A DNA stretch of 64,000 bases from positions 256,001 through 320,000 of the forward strand of contig CAVXLD010000012.1 of assembly GCA_963762565.1 (NCBI GenBank), in the 5' to 3' direction. Below are positions 8,713 to 19,310 of the stretch, piece by piece (within the stretch, counting starts at the first letter, position 1; each line of letters starts with the position of its first letter). The DNA is from an uncultured Verrucomicrobiae bacterium (lineage in GTDB: Bacteria > Verrucomicrobiota > Verrucomicrobiia > Chthoniobacterales > JAFAMB01). The notes under the pieces were generated by a model. That model did not search any database, was not told the origin of the DNA, and worked only from the letters and a program-made list of their open reading frames with translations. A program made the position numbers and the translations under genes.

Positions 8713-10074
8713 ATGGACGACCTTTTTGCTGAAGCGGGGACGCCAGCCGCCGATCCGGTGCAAGGCAACACTCCGTTGGCGGCGCGGATGCGTCCAATGT
8801 CTCTTGATGAATTCGTTGGTCAGGACCATATCCTCGGCCCAGGAAAACTCCTACGGCGAGCGATTGAATCGGATCGGCTAACTTCGATTATCCTTTATGG
8901 ACCCCCGGGCGTTGGCAAAACGAGTCTCGCCCAAGTTATTGCAAAAACGACTAGCTGCCATTTTGAGCGTCTCAGCGGAGTCGAAAGCAGTGTCGCTGAT
9001 ATTCGAAAAACGGTGGCTGCAGCTAGCCTCCGATTAAAGAGCCGGGGAATTCGTACGATCTTATTTGTGGATGAGATTCATCGGTTCAACAAAGCACAAC
9101 AGGACGTATTGCTGCCCGATGTGGAGAGCGGTGTTGTCCGGTTAATCGGAGCTACGACTCACAACCCATTTTTTTACGTTAATAGTCCGTTGGTCTCCCG
9201 GTCTCAGATTTTTCAGTTGGAGTCTCTGTCGACGGAAGCTGTCACCCAGCTCATGCAGCGAGCGATACGGGATCCTGAGCGGGGGCTTGGGAAGATGAAG
9301 TTGGATATTGATTCAGACGCTGTCGCTTTCCTGGCAGCCTCCAGCGAGGGTGACGGCCGCCGGGCGCTAAATGGGTTGGAGATCGCGGCTTTAACCGCTC
9401 CGCGAGCTGATGATGGTTCAGTTCATATCACCCGGGCGATAGCCGCCGAATGTATCCAGAAGAAATCGATTCTTTACGATGCTGATGAGAACGAACATTA
9501 CGATACCATCAGCGCCTTTATAAAAAGTATGCGCGGGTCTGACCCGGATGCTGCTTTGTATTGGTTGGCAAAGATGTTGTATGGGGGTGAAGATCCCCGG
9601 TTCATTGCTCGGCGGATTGTGATCGCGGCAAGTGAAGACGTCGGGATGGCCGATTCACAGGCCCTAATGGTGGCAGTGGCAGCCCAACAAGCCGTGGAAT
9701 TTGTCGGAATGCCTGAAGGAAGAATACCGCTGGCTCACGCCGCGGTTTATGTCGCCACCGCACCAAAAAGCAATCGTGCTTATGTAGGACTGGAACGGGC
9801 TACAGAAGACATCAAACAAGGGAGGGTCCTGGCTGTGCCCAAGTACCTACGCGGCTCGGGCTCAAAACTCCTGGGCGGAGGCGGGGACTACAAATACGCG
9901 CACGACTATGAGGAAGGATACGTTCCGCAAGCCTACTTACCCGAAGGCCGCCGCTACTACGAGCCGAGCGAAATTGGCTTTGAACGCAAGATCAAGGAGC
10001 GCCTAGACTATTGGCGTCAGCTTTTTGAGCAATCCCAGCCAAGCTCGCCTGAAGCTCGCTTGGATGACAAATGA
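8713..10074 (+). CDS. rarA: Replication-associated recombination protein A (MgsA)
   Basis: [16 protein letters not shown] and YDTISAFIKSMRGSDPDA motifs. Confidence 0.97.
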   Translation: MDDLFAEAGTPAADPVQGNTPLAARMRPMSLDEFVGQDHILGPGKLLRRAIESDRLTSIILYGPPGVGKTSLAQVIAKTTSCHFERLSGVESSVADIRKTVAAASLRLKSRGIRTILFVDEIHRFNKAQQDVLLPDVESGVVRLIGATTHNPFFYVNSPLVSRSQIFQLESLSTEAVTQLMQRAIRDPERGLGKMKLDIDSDAVAFLAASSEGDGRRALNGLEIAALTAPRADDGSVHITRAIAAECIQKKSILYDADENEHYDTISAFIKSMRGSDPDAALYWLAKMLYGGEDPRFIARRIVIAASEDVGMADSQALMVAVAAQQAVEFVGMPEGRIPLAHAAVYVATAPKSNRAYVGLERATEDIKQGRVLAVPKYLRGSGSKLLGGGGDYKYAHDYEEGYVPQAYLPEGRRYYEPSEIGFERKIKERLDYWRQLFEQSQPSSPEARLDDK

Positions 10075-10174
10075 CAAATGACAGATGACAAATTTTCCGC
10101 TGCGTCGCGTCTCGATTAATTTGTCATTTGGGATTTGTTATCTGTCATTCGAACGAGTTTCCGGCGAGTTCGCC

Positions 10175-10978
10175 TCAGCATTTTGTGGCCATCGCGGCTT
10201 CTTCGTCGCGCTTGCGTTTTCTCTCGATGAAACCGGAGGCGAGGATGCAGATCTCATAAAGGACATACATGGGGGTGCCCATGATGAGCATAGAAACGAT
10301 ATCCGGGGTGGGAGCGAGAAACACCGCGGCGCAGAATATCAGGACGACGGCGTAGGCTCGAGTTCGGCGAAGGAGTGAGGTGGAGACGAGTCCGAGGCGG
10401 ACCAGAACGAGAACCACAACAGGGAGCTCAAACGCTACCCCGAAACCGACGCAACATTGGGTCACAAATGAAAAGTATTCGCGAACGTTCCAGGTTGGGG
10501 TCCAATGCATCGCGATGGCGTCATGGAAAAAGAAACGCAGGGTCGGTGGCAGGACAAAGAAATAGCAGAAAACGACGCCACCCAGGAAGAGTCCAAACCC
10601 GACCAGTACCGCGGGCAACATCGCCTTCTTTTCCTGCGGGGTAAGAGCAGGCAATACAAACGTACCAGCAAAGTAAATCAGGAACGGAAAGGCGATCACT
10701 AATCCGGCGTAGAAGGCCAGCTGTATCGAGATCGTCATCGAATCTGCGACTCCGAATGCGGCCAAGCTCTTTAGAAGGTTAGGATCCAAAGCTTGCAACG
10801 GATGCTGCAGGATATCAGCAAGTTGATAACGGAAGCAGAAGGACAGCATCATGGCGATCCCAAGGGAAATCGCCATTTTGACGATGACCCACCGCAGATC
10901 TTCCAGGTGATCCAGGAATGGTTTGACTGCTTCCGGATCGTTTCCTTCCCGGAATTTGAAAAAGTTCGAGAGCTTCAT
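10175..10978 (-). CDS. tatC: Twin-arginine translocase subunit TatC
   Basis: PFLDHLEDLR, GVAFELP and PTPD motifs with multiple TM helices. Confidence 0.95.
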   Translation of the reverse strand: MKLSNFFKFREGNDPEAVKPFLDHLEDLRWVIVKMAISLGIAMMLSFCFRYQLADILQHPLQALDPNLLKSLAAFGVADSMTISIQLAFYAGLVIAFPFLIYFAGTFVLPALTPQEKKAMLPAVLVGFGLFLGGVVFCYFFVLPPTLRFFFHDAIAMHWTPTWNVREYFSFVTQCCVGFGVAFELPVVVLVLVRLGLVSTSLLRRTRAYAVVLIFCAAVFLAPTPDIVSMLIMGTPMYVLYEICILASGFIERKRKRDEEAAMATKC

Positions 10979-11054
10979 TCAGGCTGCATTTCTAGCAAAT
11001 CTATAGCTCACAAAACTAACGCATGCTACCGGTCCGGCAGCTGCCGGTCGTCCG

Positions 11055-11633
11055 TCATACAAACCCCCACGTCACCATTCTGGCGAACAACGCCAATGTA
11101 TTGGCATCCTGAATGGTACTATCAGCGATCATCCCGCGTAATTCATCCAGACTGAATTCCCGGTGCTGGGAAATCGCTTCCGCTTGTTCGGGACGGGATC
11201 CGAGCTCGTTCTCGCGCACGGATCTGGCCACAAAAAGGTGGTTTTCCTCATCAGTGAAACCTTGGGAAGGGAAGTAATGCCCGAGATAGGTGAGACCTTC
11301 TGCCGACGTCAACTCGTAACCCGCTTCTTCCGCTAGTTCGCGTAAGACCGTATTCCGTAGCTGTTCGGGACTCGGAGCTTTTGATTCATCGACTTGGCCG
11401 GCCGGAAATTCCCAGAGCCAACGCCGGACCGGAATTCGGGCTTGATGTATCAACACGAAACGGCCTTCGCTTGTAATCGGTGCAACCACTACCGCTTTTT
11501 TTCGGCCGACCACCGTCCAACGACGCGGCCGATTTTCACCTGGAATGACGACCGTTTCATCCCGTACCTCAATATGAGCGTTACGGAACAAGACGTCGCT
11601 TTGGGAAACGACCCAGTCGGTATCGTCATTCAC
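11055..11633 (-). CDS. NUDIX hydrolase (ADP-ribose pyrophosphatase-like)
   Basis: EFPAGQVD...RELAEEAG Nudix box. GTG start overlaps the argH stop. Confidence 0.9.
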   Translation of the reverse strand: MNDDTDWVVSQSDVLFRNAHIEVRDETVVIPGENRPRRWTVVGRKKAVVVAPITSEGRFVLIHQARIPVRRWLWEFPAGQVDESKAPSPEQLRNTVLRELAEEAGYELTSAEGLTYLGHYFPSQGFTDEENHLFVARSVRENELGSRPEQAEAISQHREFSLDELRGMIADSTIQDANTLALFARMVTWGFV

Positions 11634-12993
11634 GAAGCCTTGCGTCCCATGCTTCCAGCTCCGCCGCAACATTTTTTGCCGAGGGCGCGCCGATGGCGAC
11701 TCGTTTACTCATCGCCATATCCAGTTGAAACACCTGATAAAGGTCAGATTCAAACCGGTCGCTGAATCTGCGGAACTCCTCCAACGAAAGGTTTGGCAAC
11801 CCGCGTTGCTGCTGTTGGGCATACGCTACGAGGCCACCAATTGCTTCGTGCGCTTTTCGGAACGGCAGGCCGTGCAAGACGAGGTAATCCGCTAAATCAG
11901 TGGCCAATAGTGCCGGATCACTGGCCGCTCGCTCCATCGTTCCGGTATCGAACTCGAGCTCCCGGACCATGGCGGTGTAAACTTCCAATACCAGCCTGAC
12001 TTGGTCGATCGAATCGAAGACCGCCTCCTTATCCTCTTGCAGATCCCGGTTGTACGTCATGGGCAACCCCTTAGTAACAGTCAGGAGAGTTACCAAATTC
12101 CCAATGAGTCGCCCGGTCTTGCCTCGGGTCAGCTCACAGACATCCGGGTTCTTTTTTTGGGGCATCAGGCTGGACCCGGTGCTGTAACCGTCACTGATCC
12201 GCACGAACTTAAATTCAGAAGAAGCAAACAGGATCAAGTCTTCACTTAATCGGGAGAGATGGACGCCGACCATGGCCAACACAAAAAGCACTTCTGCCAC
12301 AAAATCGCGGTCGCTGACTGCGTCCATGCTGTTATGAGTGACCTCCGGGAAATCCAGGAGCCGAGCTACGTATTCCCGGTCGATCGGAATAGTTGATCCG
12401 GCGATTGCTCCCGAACCCAACGGCATCCGATTGATCCGTTTACGGGCATCGGCCAATCGTTCCTTGTCCCGTTCGAGCATTTCCGTATACGCGAGCAAGT
12501 GATGAGCGAGCAAGACAGGCTGTGCTCGCTGCAGGTGGGTGTAACCCGGGAGGATAGCGCCTGGATGTTTTCGGCTCACCTCGATCAGCGCTCGTTGCAA
12601 ACCGATCAAGAGGTTCCGCAACTCGACGCACTCGTTGCGTAGGTAGAGACGCAAATCGAGAGCCACCTGGTCGTTCCGGCTGCGGGCGGTGTGCAATTTA
12701 GCGCCCGCCGGTCCGATTCGAGTCGTTAAGACGGACTCGATATTCATGTGGATGTCTTCCAACTCGATTCGAAATTGGAACGTGCCGGCCTCGATCTCTT
12801 TCTCGATCTCCAGCAGGCCGGTCTCGATCTGGGACAACTCCTCGGCGGTCAGCAGCCCGGCTTTGTGTAAGGCCTTTGCGTGAGCGATCGACCCAAGGAT
12901 ATCAAACTTGAACAGCCGCCAATCGAACGAGATGGATTCAGATAAGCGCTGCATCGCGGCCGCGGTCACTTGTTGGAAACGTCCTCTCAACAT
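11626..12993 (-). CDS. argH: Argininosuccinate lyase
   Basis: HTARSRNDQ, GYTHLQRAQP and GSSLMPQKKNPD motifs. Confidence 0.97.
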   Translation of the reverse strand: MLRGRFQQVTAAAMQRLSESISFDWRLFKFDILGSIAHAKALHKAGLLTAEELSQIETGLLEIEKEIEAGTFQFRIELEDIHMNIESVLTTRIGPAGAKLHTARSRNDQVALDLRLYLRNECVELRNLLIGLQRALIEVSRKHPGAILPGYTHLQRAQPVLLAHHLLAYTEMLERDKERLADARKRINRMPLGSGAIAGSTIPIDREYVARLLDFPEVTHNSMDAVSDRDFVAEVLFVLAMVGVHLSRLSEDLILFASSEFKFVRISDGYSTGSSLMPQKKNPDVCELTRGKTGRLIGNLVTLLTVTKGLPMTYNRDLQEDKEAVFDSIDQVRLVLEVYTAMVRELEFDTGTMERAASDPALLATDLADYLVLHGLPFRKAHEAIGGLVAYAQQQQRGLPNLSLEEFRRFSDRFESDLYQVFQLDMAMSKRVAIGAPSAKNVAAELEAWDARLRE

Positions 12994-13118
12994 GGAGAGC
13001 GAAGCTAAGCTGGGCGGCGCAGACCGCCCAGAAGTTTTTCTGCGCTTCTTATCTCGATAGTCAGAGGTTCCTTTCCGCCGCGGCTTGCTCTCTTTCAGAA
13101 TGTCGCTGTCTTTTTCGC

Positions 13119-14081
13119 CTACGCGAGGTGCGGCGAATGGGACAGGGCAGACATCGGTGACGACGGATCGATGGGCAGTTCCGACGGGTAAGGCATGCTG
13201 TCTTCTGCACCATGCCGAGAGAAGCTGAACGCCATCGCTTGAGCTCCCACATAGGTAGCATGAGCCAGATCTCCGCTGCCCACTAAAGCGATACCGGCCC
13301 AGGCGGTAAGGCATTCAACAGAGCCTGCATCTTGCACAAAAGGCGCCGTTGGGACCGGTTGGATCCCGCATTTTGTTCCATCAGAAAATATTAACCAATG
13401 ATGTTGCTGTTTGATGATCACGTTCTCAACCCCGCGCTGATGCAACTCGCGAATTGCGTGGTCTAAGTCATCACGTCCGGTCAGCAAAAGCGCGTCAAAA
13501 TCATCTGCGACCACTAAATAATAAGATCCCATCGGGAACTGAACCGGCTGTTGAACGGGCGCCGCGTGCACGACCAAGCGCTTTCTGTGGTGGTGGCATA
13601 GCCGGTAAATTTCCAATAAGACGGAGGGAGAAATCTCAAACTGAGTAAAGACGAGGTCGCTTCTCCGGATAGCGGGTTCAACTTTCCGCACCAGAGCGGG
13701 CGAGAACTGAATGTTGGCGGATGTTGAAACCAGGGCTGCGTGAGCGGCTGTCTTCCGTTCTTGGAAAATCATGGCGACGCCAGTCTTGGACGACGGCAAC
13801 TCGATAAAATCAGAAATGTCGATGCCTTCCCTGGCCAATCGTTCGAGCGCCAGTCCCCCGAAGGTATCCCGGCCATGCGCGCCAACAAATTTTACTTGGC
13901 ACCCGTAGCGTGCGGCAGCCACGGCACAGTTCGCCCCTCTGCCACCGGAAAACATTTCGAAATCTCCACCCAGTATAGACTGCCCTTTAACCGGTATAGC
14001 GTTACACCAAATCACGAGATCCGTGTTGTAACTGCCGATGACAACCACTTGCAGACTTCGATACTTAATTGGCGACGACAT
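13119..14081 (-). CDS. PfkB/ribokinase-family protein with degenerate catalytic motif
   Basis: GSYNTD and GGRGANCAVAAAR are present. The GAGD motif is replaced by GSVE. Confidence 0.85.
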   Translation of the reverse strand: MSSPIKYRSLQVVVIGSYNTDLVIWCNAIPVKGQSILGGDFEMFSGGRGANCAVAAARYGCQVKFVGAHGRDTFGGLALERLAREGIDISDFIELPSSKTGVAMIFQERKTAAHAALVSTSANIQFSPALVRKVEPAIRRSDLVFTQFEISPSVLLEIYRLCHHHRKRLVVHAAPVQQPVQFPMGSYYLVVADDFDALLLTGRDDLDHAIRELHQRGVENVIIKQQHHWLIFSDGTKCGIQPVPTAPFVQDAGSVECLTAWAGIALVGSGDLAHATYVGAQAMAFSFSRHGAEDSMPYPSELPIDPSSPMSALSHSPHLA

Positions 14082-14231
14082 AAGGAGGACTGTCAAGAAT
14101 GCGTCCGTCCCGGGTAACCAACAATCTATACGAACAAAGTGACCAATACAAGGTCCGTTAGACCCTACTAAGTTATTGGATTTGCGGAACTTACAGTTGT
14201 CGGCACACTGCTTCTCGCTAATTCCCTGGGT

Positions 14232-15443
14232 TCATCCCAGCCCGAACCCGGCGTGAACAATATTTGCGCCCTCATCGACCCGGTCCTCGTCCACGATAAC
14301 TGAGATCTTGATTTCCGAAGTGGAGATCATCTGCATGTTGATCCCGGCATGCCCGAGTAGCTCAAACATTTTAGCCGCGACCCCGGAGTGCGAACGCATC
14401 CCGATACCGATAACGCTGAGTTTAGCAATGCCGCCAACGGCTTTGAATCCTTTGGCGCCAATCTCGGTAACGATCGGATCCAAACAACGTTCGATCTTGG
14501 GCAGCTCGTCGGCTTGAATCGTGAAAGTGATGTCGGTCGTACCCTCGGCAGAGACGTTCTGTACGATCATATCGACATTCAAATTGGCGGCGGCGATGGC
14601 ATTAAAGACCCTGGATGCGACACCGGGCCGGTCTGGGACTTGGCTGACCGTCACCTTGGCCTGGCGTCGATCCACGGTGATCCCTCGGATCACCACTTTT
14701 TCCATACTGGCAGTTTCTTCTTTCACGATAGTTCCGGGTTCATGGTTAAAACTGCAACGAACCTCAAAAACGACTCCGAACTTTTTGGCGAATTCGACGG
14801 CCCGCGATTGCATGACCTTGGCTCCCAGGCTGGCCATCTCCAGCATCTCATCGTAAGAGATCTCGGAGATCTTCTGGGCACTCGGCACAATGCGGGGGTC
14901 ACAGGTATATACGCCTTTAACGTCGGTAAGAATCTGGCAAAGATCTGCATTGATCGAAGCTGCCAATGCTATCGCCGTTAGGTCTGAACCGCCTCTTCCC
15001 AGGGTCGTAATCTGGCCCTCCAAGCTTTCCCCTTGGAAGCCGGCCACGATCACAATGCTGCCTGAATCCAGCAAAAGATGGATCCGCTTTGGAGAAATAT
15101 TAGCGATTTTCGCTTTAGTGTGAACCCCGTCGGTCACGATCCCGGCTTGAGCACCCGTCAGCGAAGTGGCCTGGCCGCCCAGTCCATTAATGGCCATTGC
15201 CGTCAAAGCGATCGTGGTTTGTTCTCCGGTGGCCAGAAGGACATCCATCTCGCGTTCGCTCGGATGTGGCGCCACTTCGCTTGCCAATTTGATCAGGCTG
15301 TCCGTCATCCCTGACATCGCAGAGACTACCACCACGACTTGGTTCCCGGCCTTTTGAGTCTCTAAAATCCTTTTCGCGACGTTCTGGATTCGTTCGGGAT
15401 TGGCGACCGAAGTCCCACCATATTTCTGGACGATAAGGCTCAT
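14232..15443 (-). CDS. lysC: Aspartate kinase
   Basis: VQKYGGTSV, TTLGRGGSD and two ACT domains. ATGA overlap with thrC. Confidence 0.97.
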   Translation of the reverse strand: MSLIVQKYGGTSVANPERIQNVAKRILETQKAGNQVVVVVSAMSGMTDSLIKLASEVAPHPSEREMDVLLATGEQTTIALTAMAINGLGGQATSLTGAQAGIVTDGVHTKAKIANISPKRIHLLLDSGSIVIVAGFQGESLEGQITTLGRGGSDLTAIALAASINADLCQILTDVKGVYTCDPRIVPSAQKISEISYDEMLEMASLGAKVMQSRAVEFAKKFGVVFEVRCSFNHEPGTIVKEETASMEKVVIRGITVDRRQAKVTVSQVPDRPGVASRVFNAIAAANLNVDMIVQNVSAEGTTDITFTIQADELPKIERCLDPIVTEIGAKGFKAVGGIAKLSVIGIGMRSHSGVAAKMFELLGHAGINMQMISTSEIKISVIVDEDRVDEGANIVHAGFGLG

Positions 15444-16528
15444 GACAACAGACCTAGAACCGATTCTTTGGTCGCCTCCGCTTTTAACGGCGCCGGACAG
15501 CGCTCTAAAACCGAAGCCACATCCTTTAATCCGTGACCGGTTAACGTTAAAACGATATTGCTCTGCTCCGGCAGCTGAGCCAACGGACAGGTGTGGCATC
15601 GCCGGGCTGGGTCTGCACACTTCATCAATCCGGCCACGGAAGCTGCGCTGGCCGGCTCGGCAAAAACCCCCTCGTTGGCGGCTAACCAGCTTTGAGCAGT
15701 GAAAATCTCGTCGTCTGTAACGATGTCAATCTCGCCGCCTGACTCTTTAATTGCGATTTTGGCGGGCCCCCAACTGGCCGGGTTCCCGATCCGAATGGCT
15801 GATGCTGCCGTCTCCGGGGAGGGAACGACTTGGTCAAAGAAGATCGGAGCCGCTCCAGCCGCCTGAAAACCGAGCATGCGCGGCGTGCGGCTGGCACGGT
15901 GCCGGTACTCTAGATAGCCTTTCCAATAGGCTGTGATGTTGCCGGCGTTTCCAACCGGCAAAATGTGTATCTCGGGGGCATCACCAAGCTCATCGACGAT
16001 CTCAAAAGAGGCGGTCTTCTGGCCTTCGATACGATCGGGGTTAATCGAATTTACGACTGCAACCGTAGGCTCCTTTTGGAGTTCGCGGATCACGTTCAGA
16101 CAGGCATCGAAGTTGCCATCGATCCCGATGACGGTTGCGCCGTAGACAAACGCTTGAGCGATTTTACCCGCAGCGATTTTGCCGGCTGGCAAAAGTACAG
16201 CGCAGCGCATACCGGCCCGAGCGGCATAAGCGGCCGCGGCAGCGGATGTGTTTCCGGTTGAAGCACAGACCAAAGTCTTCGCGCCTCGCTGCGCCGCCAG
16301 GCTCACCGCTAGCGTCATTCCACGATCCTTAAACGAGCCCGTCGGATTGGCGCCCTCGAATTTTAGAAAGACGCGGCAACCTTTCCCCACCAACGCCGCA
16401 AGTTTGGGCGACTCAATTAACGGGGTTGATCCCTCGCCCAACGTGACCACTGGGGTCGCTTCTGTGACCGGGAGCAGGTTGCGGTATCGGCCAATTACTC
16501 CGACAGACCGATCGGTTCTCGGGTTCAT
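15440..16528 (-). CDS. thrC: Threonine synthase
   Basis: NPTGSFKDRG, CASTGNT and TGHGLKD motifs. Confidence 0.96.
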   Translation of the reverse strand: MNPRTDRSVGVIGRYRNLLPVTEATPVVTLGEGSTPLIESPKLAALVGKGCRVFLKFEGANPTGSFKDRGMTLAVSLAAQRGAKTLVCASTGNTSAAAAAYAARAGMRCAVLLPAGKIAAGKIAQAFVYGATVIGIDGNFDACLNVIRELQKEPTVAVVNSINPDRIEGQKTASFEIVDELGDAPEIHILPVGNAGNITAYWKGYLEYRHRASRTPRMLGFQAAGAAPIFFDQVVPSPETAASAIRIGNPASWGPAKIAIKESGGEIDIVTDDEIFTAQSWLAANEGVFAEPASAASVAGLMKCADPARRCHTCPLAQLPEQSNIVLTLTGHGLKDVASVLERCPAPLKAEATKESVLGLLS

Positions 16529-17814
16529 GTCAAAATCCAGAGCAGGATCGGCGGGCCCTTTACGCATGCGAGACGCTTTATCTCTTCAACGGCCGTGCGC
16601 ATCCGGCCAAAAGGCGCATTGTGAATCATCAGGACAAGAGGGACCGCGGCAGCGTCATGGCCCTCGGGTTGGATCATAGACGAAATACCGATGTCGTGCG
16701 TCCCAAGGATCCCGGCGACCTGTGCCAAAACCCCTGGGCGATCGTCCACGGTCAGCCGCAAATAGAAGCCTGAAACCAACTCATCGGTCGGCAAGCATTT
16801 CCCATAAAGGCCATGCGGCGTAAACCCGAAGGCTTTCCCTCCGGAATCGATCCAGATGGCGGCTTGAGCCAAATCGCTGATGACGGCGCTCGCCGTTGGG
16901 TCCTGTCCTGCCCCTCGCCCGTAGAATAGGGTATCGCCGACGATATCGCCTCGCACCATCAATGCATTAAAGACGCCGTTGACTGATGCGAGGACATGTC
17001 CTTGGGGCACCAGGGTCGGATTCACCCTTACCTCAACCGATGAATTCGAGTCCGCTCGGATTGTTGCTACCAGCTTGATCCGGTACCCAAGGTCATGAGC
17101 GAAACGGATATCGGCTGCGGAAACGTGCTCAATCCCCTCGACATAAACTAATCTGCTATCGACCCAGAAGCCGTACGCTAATGACGCTAGAATGATCGCT
17201 TTGTGGGCAGCGTCCCAACCGTTGATATCCAAGGTCGGGTCGGCTTCGGCGTATCCATTCGCTTGTGCCTCTTGGAGCGCTTCCGGGAAATCAATGCCCG
17301 CCTCTGTCATCCGGCTCAGTATGTAATTGCTGGTACCGTTTAAAATGGCGTGGATCGATTGTAAGTGGTTACCAATGAACCCCTCCCGAATCGATTTGAT
17401 GATAGGGATTCCCCCGGCGACCGCTGCCTCGAAAAACACTGGTACATTGACATCGGCAGCGAGCTCGAAGATCTCGGCTCCTTTTTCAGCAAGTAACGCC
17501 TTGTTGCCGGTGATCACCGGTTTACCGGCTTTCAGTGCTCGCTTGAAAAGTTCGTAAGGGAGATCGATACCGCCGATCAACTCGACCACGATACCGACTT
17601 CCGGGTCGTCCACCACGCTTTCCCATCGATCCGAGAGGATGGCCGCGGGCGGTTGCACACTTCTGGGCGTGGACAAGTTGCGGACGGCGATTCGGCGAAC
17701 CTCCAATTCCAGGCCCACTCGTTCAGTCAAAAGCAAATTGTTTTGGAGCAGCGATCGATAGACACCAGTTCCAACGGTGCCCAATCCGGCCAGACCAATC
17801 CCGATCTTTTGCAT
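16525..17814 (-). CDS. hom: Homoserine dehydrogenase (with ACT domain)
   Basis: GLGTVG, EAAVAGGIP and GYAEADPT motifs. Confidence 0.97.
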   Translation of the reverse strand: MQKIGIGLAGLGTVGTGVYRSLLQNNLLLTERVGLELEVRRIAVRNLSTPRSVQPPAAILSDRWESVVDDPEVGIVVELIGGIDLPYELFKRALKAGKPVITGNKALLAEKGAEIFELAADVNVPVFFEAAVAGGIPIIKSIREGFIGNHLQSIHAILNGTSNYILSRMTEAGIDFPEALQEAQANGYAEADPTLDINGWDAAHKAIILASLAYGFWVDSRLVYVEGIEHVSAADIRFAHDLGYRIKLVATIRADSNSSVEVRVNPTLVPQGHVLASVNGVFNALMVRGDIVGDTLFYGRGAGQDPTASAVISDLAQAAIWIDSGGKAFGFTPHGLYGKCLPTDELVSGFYLRLTVDDRPGVLAQVAGILGTHDIGISSMIQPEGHDAAAVPLVLMIHNAPFGRMRTAVEEIKRLACVKGPPILLWILT

Positions 17815-18040
17815 ACAGAAGAGGCGCACCTTCGTGGAATCAGGGGGCAGTGTAAAGTAGAACGTGAGACGTGAGAAGTGAGAGGTGAGAAGTGATTGGT
17901 TGAAGCGCCTCGGGGTGGAAAGCATAAGCGCCGTGTCGTAGGCTTGGCGAAAGCCAGGCACGGTTCAGGCTCAGCATCGTCCATGGCGCCGCTACCACCA
18001 ATCACTTCTCACCAATCACTTCTCACCTCTCACGTAAGAG

Positions 18041-18805
18041 ATGGATTCTACCCAACGTTTCAGCGATCGAGTTGAAAATTACGCCAAATTTCGGCCCAAT
18101 TATCCCGATGCGTTAATCCGATTTGTACTCGAGCGATTGCCCGCGCCTGCGGTGATTGCGGATATCGGCTCAGGGACGGGGATTCTGTCTGATCAATTGC
18201 TTGGCGCCGGATACACGGTGTTTGGGGTTGAACCCAATGAGCCGATGCGCCTGGAAGCAGAACGGCGCCTCGGTACTCGGTCGCGGTTCCAGAGCCTAGC
18301 TGGCACCGCTGAGGCCACAACGCTGGCTACGGGCTCGGCTCAGGCGATCACCTGTGCACAGTCCTTTCATTGGTTCGATCGGACGCGTTGCCGGGCCGAG
18401 TTCGACCGGATTCTGCAGTTGCCGAGACTCGTGTTGTTGATTTGGAATGAGCGAGCTTCAGGCGATTTAATGGAGGAGTACGACCAGATCTTACAAGAGT
18501 CTGCGGCGGACTATCACAGTGTGAGCCAGCGTAATATTACCGATGTTGATGCTGCTGAGTTTTTCGCGCCGTACTCGGTCGAGAGATTCCATTTTCCGCA
18601 TGCGCAATGCTTGGACCGAGAAAGTTTCCTCGGTCGAGTGCTTTCCTCCTCCTATTTTCCGAATGTGGGACAACCAGGGCACGAAATCGCCATGGAGAAG
18701 ATGCAGGCGTTCTTTGACAGATCCGCTCCGTCCGGCCGCTTCGATTTTCCGTATGAGACCCGAGTCTATGCGGCGTGCCTTACCGGTTCACGGTCTGCTC
18801 CTTGA
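18041..18805 (+). CDS. Class I SAM-dependent methyltransferase
   Basis: ADIGSGTG and AQSFHWFD motifs. Confidence 0.92.
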   Translation: MDSTQRFSDRVENYAKFRPNYPDALIRFVLERLPAPAVIADIGSGTGILSDQLLGAGYTVFGVEPNEPMRLEAERRLGTRSRFQSLAGTAEATTLATGSAQAITCAQSFHWFDRTRCRAEFDRILQLPRLVLLIWNERASGDLMEEYDQILQESAADYHSVSQRNITDVDAAEFFAPYSVERFHFPHAQCLDRESFLGRVLSSSYFPNVGQPGHEIAMEKMQAFFDRSAPSGRFDFPYETRVYAACLTGSRSAP

Positions 18806-18830
18806 AAGCAACGCCGGTGTCACTCCCTTT

Positions 18831-19229
18831 TCAATACCTGATAAAGCCGAACAAGAGGTGAGGATGCCGGCGTTTCCACTCGTCGCTGGATGTGTCCCGA
18901 TATTGTGTCGTATAGCCGGTGCTGGGGACCTGCTGGAAAATCCGGTAGACCCTGATGTGATTATAGGTCGGGTCGACCCTCGATTGTGAGACGCTGACTG
19001 GATCGGCGGCGACATGACTGCCCTTCGAAGCCGTTGTGGAGCGGCTAGCACTCGTCGCGCTGGCTGAATGACCTGAGGTGCCCGCTGAATGACCGCCTCC
19101 TGAGGAACCACCTCCCCCGCCTGACCCACCCGAACCATGACCTCCGTGGGCAGAAGCCACGTTGGCGAACGGCAAACCGGCGATCGCGATCACCAGGAGC
19201 ATACGCCTTAAAAACGCATTTGCGCCCAT
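18831..19229 (-). CDS. Secreted Gly/Ser-rich hypothetical protein
   Basis: Signal peptide ending ASA, a Gly-rich stretch, and C-terminal HLLFGFIRY. Confidence 0.6.
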   Translation of the reverse strand: MGANAFLRRMLLVIAIAGLPFANVASAHGGHGSGGSGGGGGSSGGGHSAGTSGHSASATSASRSTTASKGSHVAADPVSVSQSRVDPTYNHIRVYRIFQQVPSTGYTTQYRDTSSDEWKRRHPHLLFGFIRY

Positions 19230-19310
19230 AGATAGAAATACCTCCTTCGGTGAGCATACCGCTACCTGCGTTAGGTTCAAATTGTCGCGCGGTGAGCTCG
19301 TTGATCCGTA

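Noticed and set aside
12994..13314. Long N-terminal extension of argH (likewise lysC, hom, alr, lolC/E)
   Set aside because: Extensions overlap neighbouring genes or repeats. Downstream starts match family N-termini and ATGA coupling.
14200..14218. Sigma-54-like CGGCAC-N-CTTCT
   Set aside because: Poor -12 element and no plus-strand gene downstream.
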